Of a stretch of DNA of 32,000 nt, positions 17,904 to 26,761 are shown one piece after another (position 1 is the stretch's first letter; each line of letters begins with the position of its first letter). Made by a program: the position numbers and the translations under genes. This DNA comes from an uncultured Alphaproteobacteria bacterium (GTDB taxonomy: Bacteria > Pseudomonadota > Alphaproteobacteria > Rhizobiales > Rhizobiaceae), in assembly GCA_963711195.1 (NCBI GenBank), contig CAVQDK010000003.1, positions 93,423 to 125,422 of the forward strand. The letters are read 5' to 3'. The notes under the pieces were generated by a model. That model made no database searches. It had not been told where the DNA came from and worked only from the letters and a program-made list of their open reading frames with translations.

Positions 17904-17960
17904 CATGAATGGGGGCCAATTCGACCGGCAATCGCGCCGGGGCCAGATTGGGAAGAGCGC

Positions 17961-18900
17961 ATGCACACACGTGCCGTCATCTTTGAAAAGCCGGGCAAGC
18001 TGGTCGTCGACGATGTGGATCTGAACGATCCCTCCGCTCGACGATCTGACCGTCGCGGTGGACTGGAGCGGCATCAGCACCGGCACGGAGCGCCTGTTGT
18101 GGACTGGCGACATGCCGGCCTTCCCCGGCATGGGATATCCCCTCGTGCCCGGCTACGAGACGGTCGGTACCGTCGTGGATGCACCCTCAAAACACGCTAC
18201 CCGTATCGGCGAGCGGGTCTATGTGCCCGGTTGCGCAGCTTACAAGGACGTGCGCGGCCTGTTCGGCGGGTCCGCTTCCACGCTGATCGTCGACGCTGCC
18301 AAGGCCAAGCCGGTCGATGCCTCCATCGGCAGCGACGCCGTTCTCATGGCGCTTGCCGCAACGGCCCACCATGCAATTGCCGCCGAGGGCGCGGCTCTGC
18401 CGGACCTGATCGTCGGCCACGGCATTCTGGGCCGCCTAACGGCCCGCCTGACACTGGCTCTGGGTGGCACACCGACCGTCTGGGAAACGAACGCGGCGCG
18501 CCGTGCCACCACTGATTCCTACCGTGTCGTCGATCCGGCCGAAGATGCTGGCACCGCCTATTCCGCGATCTACGACGTGAGCGGCGACAGCGCCATTCTC
18601 GACACGTTGGTCGGTGGCTTGTCCCGCGGTGGCGAGATCGTGCTGGCGGGCTTCTACAGCAAGCGGCTCGATTTCGCCTTTCCGCCCGCCTTCATGAAAG
18701 AGGCCCGCATCCGCATCGCCGCCGAATGGCAGGACGCCGATCTGGAGGCCGTTCGACGCCTGTTGGGCGAGGGCAAACTGTCTCTCGCCGGTCTCGTCAC
18801 CCACCGCAGCACGGCGGACGACGCCGCGCAGGCCTACGACACCGCATTCGGCGACCCCGCCTGCCTCAAGATGGTTCTCGACTGGAGCACGAAGCAATGA
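17961..18900 (+). pseudogene. bchC: Bacteriochlorophyllide a dehydrogenase (3-hydroxyethyl oxidase), frameshifted near 18033
   Basis: MHTRAVIFEKPGKLVVDDVDLNDP is in the first frame. After ccc[t]ccg the next frame (ORF 18058..18900) reads PLDDLTVAVDWSGISTGTERLLWTGDMPAFPGMGYPLVPGYE..., a zinc-type alcohol dehydrogenase fold. 940 nt minus 1 gives 313 codons. Confidence 0.9.
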
Positions 18901-19938
18901 GCGAAGGTTTTACTCTCAACACGGACGCCGAACCGCAGGTCGAGGCGGAAGCAGACGCCGCCGACATCTTCGCCCTGCTGAAGGAAGAGGCCGATACCGA
19001 GCCGGACGCCGTTCACACCGGTGAAGTGACCAAGGAAACCCAGGTCATCGCCATCTATGGCAAGGGCGGCATCGGCAAGAGCTTTTCGCTGGCCAACCTC
19101 TCCTACAACCTCGCCCAGAGCGGCAAGAAGGTTCTGCTGATCGGTTGCGACCCGAAGTCCGACACGACCTCGCTGCTGTTCGGCGGCAAGTCCTGCCCCA
19201 CCATCATCGAGACCTCGTCGCGCAAGAAGGCCGCCGGTGAGGACGTCGCCATCGGCGACGTGTGCTTCAAGCGCGATGGTGTCTACGCCATGGAACTGGG
19301 CGGCCCCGAAGTCGGTCGCGGGTGCGGCGGGCGCGGCATCATCCACGGTTTCGAGCTGCTGGAGAAAGCTCGGCTTCCACGAGTGGGATTTCGACTATGT
19401 GCTGCTCGATTTTCTCGGCGACGTGGTCTGCGGCGGCTTCGGCCTGCCGATCGCCCGCGACATGTGCCAGAAGGTCATCGTCGTCGCCTCCAACGACCTG
19501 CAATCGCTCTACGTCGCCAACAATGTCTGCTCGGCGGTCGAATATTTCCGCAAGCTCGGCGGCAATGTCGGCGTGGCCGGCATTCTCATCAACAAGGACG
19601 ACGGCACCGGCGAAGCGGAAGCCTTTGCCAAGGCGGTGAAGATTCCGGTTCTGGCGTCCATTCCCCAGCACGAGGATATCCGCCGCAAGTCCGCCAAATA
19701 CGAGATCGTCGGCGATCCTGCAGGCGAGTGGGGTCCGATGTTCACGGACCTTGCCAACAACATGATGACCGCTCCGCCGCGCCAGCCCGCGCCGCTGACG
19801 CAGGACGGCCTGCTCGCCCTGTTTTCCGACGACGACACCGGCGCCAACTACGTGCTGGTGCCCGCCGCTGCCGAGGACATGTGCCCCCCTTCGATGATGA
19901 AGAAGGAGTCCCTGGAGGTTGTCTACGACAACGTCTGA
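18897..19938 (+). pseudogene. bchX: Chlorophyllide a reductase iron protein subunit X, frameshifted near 19367
   Basis: The ATG overlaps the bchC stop (ATGA). IAIYGKGGIGKSF P-loop, GCDPKSDTT, GGPEVGRGCGGRGIIHGFELLEK in the first frame. After gag aa[a]g the next frame (ORF 19237..19938) reads LGFHEWDFDYVLLDFLGDVVCGGFGLPIARD... Confidence 0.92.
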
Positions 19939-19945
19939 TCCAGCC

Positions 19946-21558
19946 ATGACCGACACCCACACCCTCCATGACAGCCTGAGCGACGTCGAGCGCGACGTGG
20001 TCGATGCATCCGTCTCCAGCGGTGCTTCCGACGGTGCGGGCTGCCATGCGGGTGCGGACAAGATGCTGCAAGCGGCCAAGCAGGCTGGCAAGAGCGAGAT
20101 TCTAGGGCAATACGCCAAGGACTATCCGCAAGGGCCGCACGACCAGCCCCAGAGCATGTGCCCCGCTTTCGGCTCGCTCCGTGTCGGCTTGCGTATGCGC
20201 CGCACGGCCACGATCTTGTCCGGCTCCGCCTGCTGCGTTTACGGCCTGACCTTCACGTCCCACTTCTACGGTGCACGGCGCACGGTGGGCTACGTGCCGT
20301 TCGACAGCGAAAGCCTCGTGACCGGCAAGCTGTTCGAGGACATCCGCGACGCCGTCCACGAAATGGCCGATCCGGAAAAATACGACGCCATTGTCATCAC
20401 CAATCTGTGCGTGCCGACGGCTTCCGGCGTGCCGTTGCAGATGCTGCCGAAGGTCATCGACGGCGTGCGCATCGTCGGCATCGACGTGCCCGGCTTCGGC
20501 ATCCCCACCCATGCGGAAGCCAAGGACGTGCTGGCCGGTGCGATGCTGAACTATGCGCGGCAGGAAATCGCCGCCGGTCCGGTGCAGGCGCCCGAAAAGA
20601 AATCCGACAGCGACAAGCCGCGCATCACGCTGGTGGGCGAGATGTTCCCCGTCGACCCGATCAGCATCGGGCAGATGCTGGAGCCCATGGGGCTGGAAGC
20701 GGGCACCGTTCTGCCGGGCCGTGAGTGGCGCGAACTTTATTCCGCGCTCGATTGCGCGGCCGTTGCCGCCATCCACCCGTTCTACACCGCCTCCTTCCGC
20801 GAGTTCGACGCGGCAGGCCGATCCATTGTCGGTTCCGCGCCTGTCGGTGTGGAGGGAACGCAAGCCTGGCTGAAAACCATCGGCGAGACCTGCAACGTCG
20901 AGCAGTCCAAGATCGACGCCGCGACGAACGCCATCCTGCCCGCCATCAAGGGTGCGCTGGCTGCCATGCCCATCAAGGGCCGCATCACGCTTTCCGGCTA
21001 CGAAGGCTCCGAACTGCTCGTCGCCCGCCTGCTGATCGAGTCCGGCGCGGACCTGCGCTATGTCGGCACGGCTTGCCCCAAGACGAAATGGTCCGCCGAC
21101 GACGCCGCATGGCTCGAAGCCCACGGCGTCCACGTGCAATACCGTGCATCGCTCGAAAACGATCTGGCCGCGCTGAAGGAGTTCGAACCGGACCTCGCCA
21201 TCGGCACCACGCCTGTCGTGCAGAAGGCGAAGGAGCAGGGCACCCCGTCGCTCTACTTCACCAACCTCATTTCCGCCCGCCCGCTCATGGGCCCAGCCGG
21301 TGCCGGGTCGCTGGCTCAGGTCATCAACGGCGCGATTGCCAACAAGCCGCGCTTCGATGCGATGAAATCGTTCTTCGAGGGCGTCGGCACCGACTACACC
21401 GCAGGCGTGTGGGAAAACACGCCGGAAGACCGCCCGGCCTTCAAGAAAAAGTTTGCCGCCCGCGCCGCCCGTTCGGCCAACGCCGTCGACGGTGGAGAGG
21501 CGGTGGGAGTCATCATCGCCCATCGCTCGTTTCTTGCCTGCCCACGGGAGGAACATGA
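19946..21558 (+). CDS. bchY: Chlorophyllide a reductase subunit Y; 3' end unresolved (no in-frame stop before bchZ)
   Basis: MTDTHTL...[35 protein letters not shown]... is BchY/NifD-like and continuous to ...[34 protein letters not shown]. The same frame then reads through bchZ out of frame to 22087. A TGA overlapping the bchZ ATG (ATGA, 21555-21558) exists only in the -1 frame. The quoted end is that expected stop, not an observed in-frame one. Confidence 0.88.
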
Positions 21559-23015
21559 CTCTCGTTCTCGATCACGATCGCGCCGGCGGCTATTGGGGGT
21601 CGGTCTATGCCTTCACCGCCATCAAGGGCCTGCAGGTCATCATCGATGGTCCGGTCGGCTGCGAAAACCTGCCCGTCACGTCCGTCCTGCATTACACCGA
21701 CGCGCTGCCGCCCCACGAATTGCCCATCGTCGTCACCGGTCTTGGCGAAGACGAACTGGGCCAGCACGGCACGGAAGAGGCCATGCGCCGCTCCCGCAAG
21801 GTGCTCGATCCCGACCTCCCGGCTGTCGTCGTCACCGGTTCCATCGCAGAGATGATCGGTGGCGGCGTCACGCCGGAGGGGGCCAATATCCAGCGCTTCC
21901 TGCCCCGCACCATCGACGAGGACCAGTGGCAGAGCGCCGACCGCGCACTCAAGTGGCTGTGGACGGAATACGGCCCCAAGAAGGGCAAGGTGCTGCCGCC
22001 GCGCAAGCGCAAGGAGGGCGACCGCCCCCGCGTCAATATCATCGGCCCGATCTACGGCACCTTCAACATGCCATCCGATCTGGCTGAAATCCGCCGTCTG
22101 GTCGAAGGCATCGGGGCAGAGGTCAACATGACCTTCCCGCTCGGTTCCCATCTGGCGGACGTGACGAAACTGTCCAATGCCGAAGCCAATATCTGCATGT
22201 ACCGCGAGTTCGGTCGTCTGCTGTGCGAAGAGCTCGACCGGCCTTTCCTGCAGGCGCCGCTTGGCATTCATTCTACCACGGCGTTCCTGCGCAAGCTGGG
22301 CGATATGCTCGGCCTCGACCCGGAACCGTTCATCGAGCGGGAAAAGCACACGACATTGAAACCCATGTGGGATCTGTGGCGCTCGGTGACGCAGGACTTC
22401 TTCGGCACCGCCAGCTTCGCCATCGTCGCCAACGAGACCTACACCCGCGGTGTGCGCAATTTCCTCGAAGAGGAGATGGGGCTGCCCTGCACCTTCGCCG
22501 TGGCCCGCGTGCCCGGCAAGAAGACCGACAATCAGTCCGTGCAGGATCTCATTCGCGACAAGCCGCCGATGATCCTGTTCGGTTCCTACAATGAACGCAT
22601 GTATCTGGCCGACCAGGGCTCGCGGGCCATGTATATGCCCGCGTCCTTCCCCGGTGCCGTCATCCGCCGCCACACCGGCACGCCCTTCATGGGATATTCC
22701 GGCGCGTCCTATCTGGTGCAGGAAGTCTGCAACAGCCTGTTCGACGCCCTGTTCCACATCCTGCCGCTCCAGTCCGACATGGACCGGGCCGCCCCTGCCG
22801 TTCCCGCCCGCGCACGCAACACGTTGCCGTGGGATGTGGATGCGCGTCGTGCGCTCGACGAGGCGGTCGATGCCCAACCCATTCTCGTGCGCATTTCGGC
22901 AGCCAAGACCCTGCGCGACGAGACCGAACGCGACGCCCTCGATGCCGGTGAAGACCGGGTCACCGTCGAGCGGGTCGCCGCCACCACACGAACCCATTCA
23001 AGGCAGGCGGCATGA
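21555..23015 (+). CDS. bchZ: Chlorophyllide a reductase subunit Z
   Basis: GGGAGG lies 4 nt upstream of the ATG. Intact 486 aa. [68 protein letters not shown]. Confidence 0.93.
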   Translation: MTLVLDHDRAGGYWGSVYAFTAIKGLQVIIDGPVGCENLPVTSVLHYTDALPPHELPIVVTGLGEDELGQHGTEEAMRRSRKVLDPDLPAVVVTGSIAEMIGGGVTPEGANIQRFLPRTIDEDQWQSADRALKWLWTEYGPKKGKVLPPRKRKEGDRPRVNIIGPIYGTFNMPSDLAEIRRLVEGIGAEVNMTFPLGSHLADVTKLSNAEANICMYREFGRLLCEELDRPFLQAPLGIHSTTAFLRKLGDMLGLDPEPFIEREKHTTLKPMWDLWRSVTQDFFGTASFAIVANETYTRGVRNFLEEEMGLPCTFAVARVPGKKTDNQSVQDLIRDKPPMILFGSYNERMYLADQGSRAMYMPASFPGAVIRRHTGTPFMGYSGASYLVQEVCNSLFDALFHILPLQSDMDRAAPAVPARARNTLPWDVDARRALDEAVDAQPILVRISAAKTLRDETERDALDAGEDRVTVERVAATTRTHSRQAA

Positions 23016-23060
23016 GGGTTTCACCTCGCACCGCAGGCACCATCAGGAAGGATGAATTCC

Positions 23061-23270
23061 ATGTCTGACATCACCGCACATCACGTCGGTCTGCACGATC
23101 ACGTCAAGGCGTCTTCGCTGCTTTACCGGGTTCTGTTCGCCCTGCTGTTCACCGTGGGTCTGGCGACCTTCGCCCTTGCCCGCCTGATCGGGCGCAGCGA
23201 GGCCGGCAGCCTGATCGCGCAGGCCCGGCAGGCGGCCCATGCATCGGCCGGCTACGCGGTCCGGTACTGA
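23061..23270 (+). CDS. pufQ: PufQ-like small membrane protein (position and architecture only)
   Basis: Located between bchZ and pufB as pufQ is in Rhodobacter. 69 aa with a His-rich N-terminus (ITAHHVGLHDHV), one hydrophobic helix (LLYRVLFALLFTVGLATFALA) and a basic C-terminal part. AGGAAGG (23045-23051) is well spaced for ATG 23061; ATG 23052 is an alternative. G/C-rich third positions. Confidence 0.5.
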   Translation: MSDITAHHVGLHDHVKASSLLYRVLFALLFTVGLATFALARLIGRSEAGSLIAQARQAAHASAGYAVRY

Positions 23271-23385
23271 AGGTTTCGAATTTTCCCACCGCACTGGTGG
23301 GGGATAGCGGTCCGTGTGGGCCGCGCAATCCGGCCGCGGGATATTCAGCGGCATCTGCCGAAAGGCAGGAGACTAGGAGGCTAAT

Positions 23386-23613
23386 ATGGCTAGTCCAGAA
23401 AATGTGTCCCTCTCCGGCATGACCGCCGGGGAAGCACAGGAATTCCACAAGCAGTTCATTGGTGGATTCATCGGATTTACGGTCATCGCCATCATCGCGC
23501 ATTTGCTTGTGTGGTTCTGGCGCCCGTGGATCCCAGGCGACGACGGACTGTACTCATCGCTGATGGATGGTGTCACCACCACCGTCACCGCGTTGAGCAC
23601 GGTTCTGGTATAG
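23386..23613 (+). CDS. pufB: Light-harvesting 1 (B870) beta polypeptide, with an unusually long C-terminal extension
   Basis: AGGAGG lies 5 nt upstream. [33 protein letters not shown] contains the conserved BChl-ligand His and the WRPW end motif. 27 further residues follow. Confidence 0.92.
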   Translation: MASPENVSLSGMTAGEAQEFHKQFIGGFIGFTVIAIIAHLLVWFWRPWIPGDDGLYSSLMDGVTTTVTALSTVLV

Positions 23614-23627
23614 GGAGGGGCTGAACA

Positions 23628-23813
23628 ATGTATAGAGTTTGGCTCATCTTCGATCCGCGGCGTGTACTCGTCGCACTCGCCGTATTCCTGTTCACGCTGG
23701 CAATCTTGATTCACTTCATCTTGCTCAGCACGGACCGGTACAACTGGCTCGATGCCCAACCGGCCGCCGTTGTCAGCTCGCTGACGACGCTCGGCTCCGG
23801 GTCCTTGACCTGA
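23628..23813 (+). CDS. pufA: Light-harvesting 1 (B870) alpha polypeptide
   Basis: [41 protein letters not shown] is the canonical LH1-alpha pattern (FDPRR, ligand His in [10 protein letters not shown]). GGGAGGGG SD overlaps the pufB stop. Confidence 0.92.
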   Translation: MYRVWLIFDPRRVLVALAVFLFTLAILIHFILLSTDRYNWLDAQPAAVVSSLTTLGSGSLT

Positions 23814-23830
23814 CGGGTATCTCACCACTT

Positions 23831-23864
23831 CGGCAGGCGGGAAACCACGTGTTCCCGCCTGTCG
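23831..23864 (+). promoter_or_regulatory. Intercistronic pufA-pufL RNA hairpin (mRNA-stabilising / partial terminator type)
   Basis: 13-bp stem cggcaggcgggaa (23831-23843) / ttcccgcctgtcg (23852-23864) with one G-U pair and an 8-nt loop. It is not followed by a U-run. The position matches the well-known hairpins that give pufBA mRNA a longer life than pufLM in Rhodobacter. Confidence 0.6.
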
Positions 23865-23895
23865 AAAACCGCACTGCATTCACGGAGACAGGGCA

Positions 23896-24771
23896 ATGGC
23901 CTTACTGAGTTTCGAGCGCAAATACCGGGTTCGCGGAGGCACCCTCATCGGGGGTGACCTGTTCGATTTCTGGGTCGGTCCTTTCTATGTCGGCTTCTTC
24001 GGGGTCGCCACGCTGTTCTTTTCCATCCTCGGCACACTGCTCATCATCTACGGTGCGTCGCAGGGTCCGACGTGGAACATCTGGCAGATCAGCATCAACC
24101 CGCCGGACCTCGATTACGGCCTGGCACTGGCCCCCATGCGAGAGGGCGGGTTGTGGCAGATCATCACTATCTGTGCCGTCGGCGCGTTCGTCACCTGGGC
24201 GCTGCGAGAGGTCGAAATCTGCCGCAAATTGGGCATGGGCTACCATGTGCCGTTCGCATTCTCGATCGCCATCTTCGCCTATGTCAGCCTGGTGGTCATT
24301 CGCCCGCTGCTCATGGGCGCCTGGGGACATGGCTTCCCCTACGGCATCTATTCCCACCTCGAATGGGTCAACAATGTCGGCTACGCCTTCGGCAACTTTC
24401 ACTACAACCCGGCGCATATGATCGCCATCACGTTCTTCTTCACCACCGGGCTGGCGCTTGCGCTTCACGGTGGGCTGGTTCTGTCCTCCACCAACCCCGG
24501 TCGCGGGCAGGAAGTGAAGACACCGGAACACGAGGACACCTATTTCCGCGACTTCATCGGCTATTCGGTCGGTACGCTGGGCATCCACCGGGTCGGGCTG
24601 TTTCTGGCTCTCAGCGCGGCGTTCTGGAGCGGCATCTGCATCATCATCAGCGGTCCGTCGATCTTCTGGATCGATGCATGGAGCGACTGGTGGGACTGGT
24701 GGCTGCAACTTCCCGTCTTCCCGCAGGACGATCTCGTGCGCGAAATCGGCGACCTGCGCACCCAACCATGA
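23896..24771 (+). CDS. pufL: Photosynthetic reaction centre L subunit
   Basis: [36 protein letters not shown]..., [37 protein letters not shown]. Intact 291 aa. Confidence 0.97.
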   Translation: MALLSFERKYRVRGGTLIGGDLFDFWVGPFYVGFFGVATLFFSILGTLLIIYGASQGPTWNIWQISINPPDLDYGLALAPMREGGLWQIITICAVGAFVTWALREVEICRKLGMGYHVPFAFSIAIFAYVSLVVIRPLLMGAWGHGFPYGIYSHLEWVNNVGYAFGNFHYNPAHMIAITFFFTTGLALALHGGLVLSSTNPGRGQEVKTPEHEDTYFRDFIGYSVGTLGIHRVGLFLALSAAFWSGICIIISGPSIFWIDAWSDWWDWWLQLPVFPQDDLVREIGDLRTQP

Positions 24772-24786
24772 TCGGAGGCTTGTATC

Positions 24787-25728
24787 ATGCGTGAATATCA
24801 AAACCTCTTCACCGCCGTTCAGGTGGAGACCAAACCGGGTGCAGGCATCCTGTTGCCCTATCAGGACGCCCGCACCGGCGGCGGCAAGATCTACCACCTC
24901 GTCGGACGGTTCGGGAACGCGCAGATCGGGCCGATCTATATCGGCTTTCTCGGCACCATCTCCATCGTCTGCTTCCTGATCGCCTTCAACATCATCGGCC
25001 TCAACTATTGGGCGCAGGTGAACTGGGATCCGGTGCAGTTCGTGCGCCAGCTGTTCTGGCTGTCGCTCGACCCGCCCTTCGAGGAATACGGGTTGAAGGT
25101 TCTGCCGCCATTGAAGGAAGGCGGGTGGTTCATGATCACCGGCTTCTTCCTGACGGTCTCGGTGCTGACCTGGTGGCTGCGCACCTACCGTCGCGCCAAG
25201 GCGCTCGGGCTGGGCATGCATGTGCCCATCGCCTTCGGGGCCGCCATCTGGCTGTTTCTGGTGCTGGGCTTCATCCGCCCCGTTCTGCTGGGCTCGTGGT
25301 CCCACGCGGTGCCCTACGGCATCTTTTCCCACCTCGACTGGACGAACGCGTTTTCGCTGAACTACGGCAACCTGTTCTACAACCCGTTCCACGCGCTTTC
25401 CATCGTGTTTCTCTACGGGTCCGCCCTGTTGTTTGCCATGCACGGCGCGACCATTCTGGCGGTCAGCCGCTACGGTGGCGAGCGCGAGATCGAGCAGATC
25501 ACCGACCGGGGCACGGCGTCGGAACGCGCGGCCCTCTTCTGGCGCTGGACCATGGGCTTCAACGCGACGATGGAGTCGGTCCACCGCTGGGCTTGGTGGT
25601 TCGCCATGTTGACGACCCTGACCGGCGGCATCGGCATCCTGCTGACCGGAACCGTGGTGATGGACTGGTCCGAATGGGCGATCAAGCACGGTGTGCTGCA
25701 CGAGAGCGGCTCCAACTGGTACCGCTGA
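24787..25728 (+). CDS. pufM: Photosynthetic reaction centre M subunit
   Basis: GGAGG lies 8 nt upstream. [11 protein letters not shown]..., [67 protein letters not shown]. Intact 313 aa. Confidence 0.97.
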   Translation: MREYQNLFTAVQVETKPGAGILLPYQDARTGGGKIYHLVGRFGNAQIGPIYIGFLGTISIVCFLIAFNIIGLNYWAQVNWDPVQFVRQLFWLSLDPPFEEYGLKVLPPLKEGGWFMITGFFLTVSVLTWWLRTYRRAKALGLGMHVPIAFGAAIWLFLVLGFIRPVLLGSWSHAVPYGIFSHLDWTNAFSLNYGNLFYNPFHALSIVFLYGSALLFAMHGATILAVSRYGGEREIEQITDRGTASERAALFWRWTMGFNATMESVHRWAWWFAMLTTLTGGIGILLTGTVVMDWSEWAIKHGVLHESGSNWYR

Positions 25729-25757
25729 CGACCACCCGTGCCGACCTGACACTGCAA

Positions 25758-25790
25758 GAACCCGCGGTCCATCCGGCCGCGGGTTTTCGT
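25758..25790 (+). terminator. Rho-independent terminator after pufM
   Basis: aacccgcgg (25759-25767) pairs with ccgcgggtt (25777-25785), and the stem is followed by tttt/cgtt. It lies 30 nt past the pufM stop. Confidence 0.7.
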
Positions 25791-25906
25791 TCGCAGGGAT
25801 GGGAATGGCGTAAGCGCCCGGACACTTGTGCGATCTACGAGGCCGACGGGAACCAACTGGTCGCCAGGCGATTGATCGTGCAACCGAAACTTGCGGAGAT
25901 CGACCA

Positions 25907-26128
25907 ATGGACAATCAGGGAATACTGCTCACGCTGGCGCTCATGACCTTTCTCGCCGTCATCGGATGGCTGGCGTTCTCCTTCTTCAAGACCAAGAAGG
26001 CGGCGGACCGGGGCGAAAGCGGCTCTCTGGCCGAACGCTCGGCCGCTCAGCATGCCCGTGGCGAGAGCCTGATGCAGCAGAACGATGCGGAAGAGAAATC
26101 CGGCACCACGTTCAAACCGCGTCCGTAG
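25907..26128 (+). CDS. Hypothetical 73-aa single-helix membrane protein in the PufX / PufC position
   Basis: MDNQGILLTLALMTFLAVIGWLAFSFFKTKKAADRGE... has one ~23-residue hydrophobic helix and then a charged tail. Third positions are predominantly G/C. GGAG lies ~10 nt upstream. I recognise no sequence similarity to Rhodobacter PufX. It lies after the puf terminator and converges on idi. Confidence 0.45.
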   Translation: MDNQGILLTLALMTFLAVIGWLAFSFFKTKKAADRGESGSLAERSAAQHARGESLMQQNDAEEKSGTTFKPRP

Positions 26129-26150
26129 CAACCGGTCGCGTCACAAGCCT

Positions 26151-26738
26151 CTAGAAGTCCAAGTCCGGATAACGGTTCAGGTAGATACGAAACCACGGCG
26201 TGTAGCGGTCCGGATGCCGGACGACGTCGTCGCGTAGGATGTCGGCACAAATCCACCGCGTCTCGGCCACTTCGGCAGGGTTGGGTCGTATGTCGACACG
26301 GCTCTTCTCCACGTCGGCGCGGAACATGTGAACACGTTCCTTCTCCCAAAGTCCTCCGCCCACGTCGGCGGAGTATTCCACCACCAACCGCTTTTCGATC
26401 GGGACCGTGAAGCCGAGTTCCTCGTCAAGCCTGCGCGCGGCCGCGCTGACGACGTCTTCGTTCCAGTGCGGATGGGTGCAGCATGTGTTGGCCCATTGCC
26501 CCGCGCAATGATACTTGCTCTCGGCCCGGCGCTGGATCAGCAGATCGGTGCCGTCGAACACGAATACGGAGACCGCTAGATGGTGCAGGCCACGAAGGTG
26601 GGCCTCCATCTTCTCCACCGGATAAAGCGTATCGTTCGCAGCGATGCCCGGAATGAGAATGTCCGGCTCCGTAGAGGCAGGAGTGGCGCCAGCAGGCCTC
26701 GGCTCATGCCCGCGGGGGTCGCCATAGGGCTCCAGCAT
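26151..26738 (-). CDS. idi: Isopentenyl-diphosphate delta-isomerase, type 1 (Nudix)
   Basis: LHHLAVSVFVFDGTDLLIQRRAESKYHCAGQWANTCCTHPHW plus a Nudix-like RRLDEELG. ATG 26738 is 24 nt after the hemA stop. The much longer ORF 26151..27830 is an out-of-frame read-through into hemA. Confidence 0.85.
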   Translation of the reverse strand: MLEPYGDPRGHEPRPAGATPASTEPDILIPGIAANDTLYPVEKMEAHLRGLHHLAVSVFVFDGTDLLIQRRAESKYHCAGQWANTCCTHPHWNEDVVSAAARRLDEELGFTVPIEKRLVVEYSADVGGGLWEKERVHMFRADVEKSRVDIRPNPAEVAETRWICADILRDDVVRHPDRYTPWFRIYLNRYPDLDF

Positions 26739-26761
26739 GACGGGGTCGTCGAACACCGGTT

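Noticed and set aside
236-19367. Programmed +1 ribosomal frameshifting or transcriptional slippage as the explanation for the broken frames
   Set aside because: The eleven junctions share no slippery or stimulatory motif. Most are not in homopolymers. They occur in unrelated gene families that are single-frame everywhere else.
20102-22997. Two long minus-strand ORFs (20102..21556 and 21513..22997) antisense to bchY and bchZ
   Set aside because: Shadow ORFs with no recognisable motifs. The sense strands carry BchY and BchZ.
25866-25879. TTGATcgtgCAACC upstream of the small ORF, looked at as an FNR/FnrL box (TTGAT-N4-ATCAA)
   Set aside because: The right half matches poorly (three mismatches in five).
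23902-25914. 670-aa minus-strand ORF antisense to pufL-pufM
   Set aside because: Shadow ORF of a high-GC region. The plus strand encodes unmistakable RC L and M subunits, and the antisense translation is low-complexity (R, G, A, P, D rich).
25729-26150. Search for pufC (tetrahaem cytochrome) or a recognisable pufX after pufM
   Set aside because: There is no CxxCH-containing ORF. The only plausible ORF there (25907..26128) has no similarity to PufX that I can see, so it is reported only as a positional candidate.
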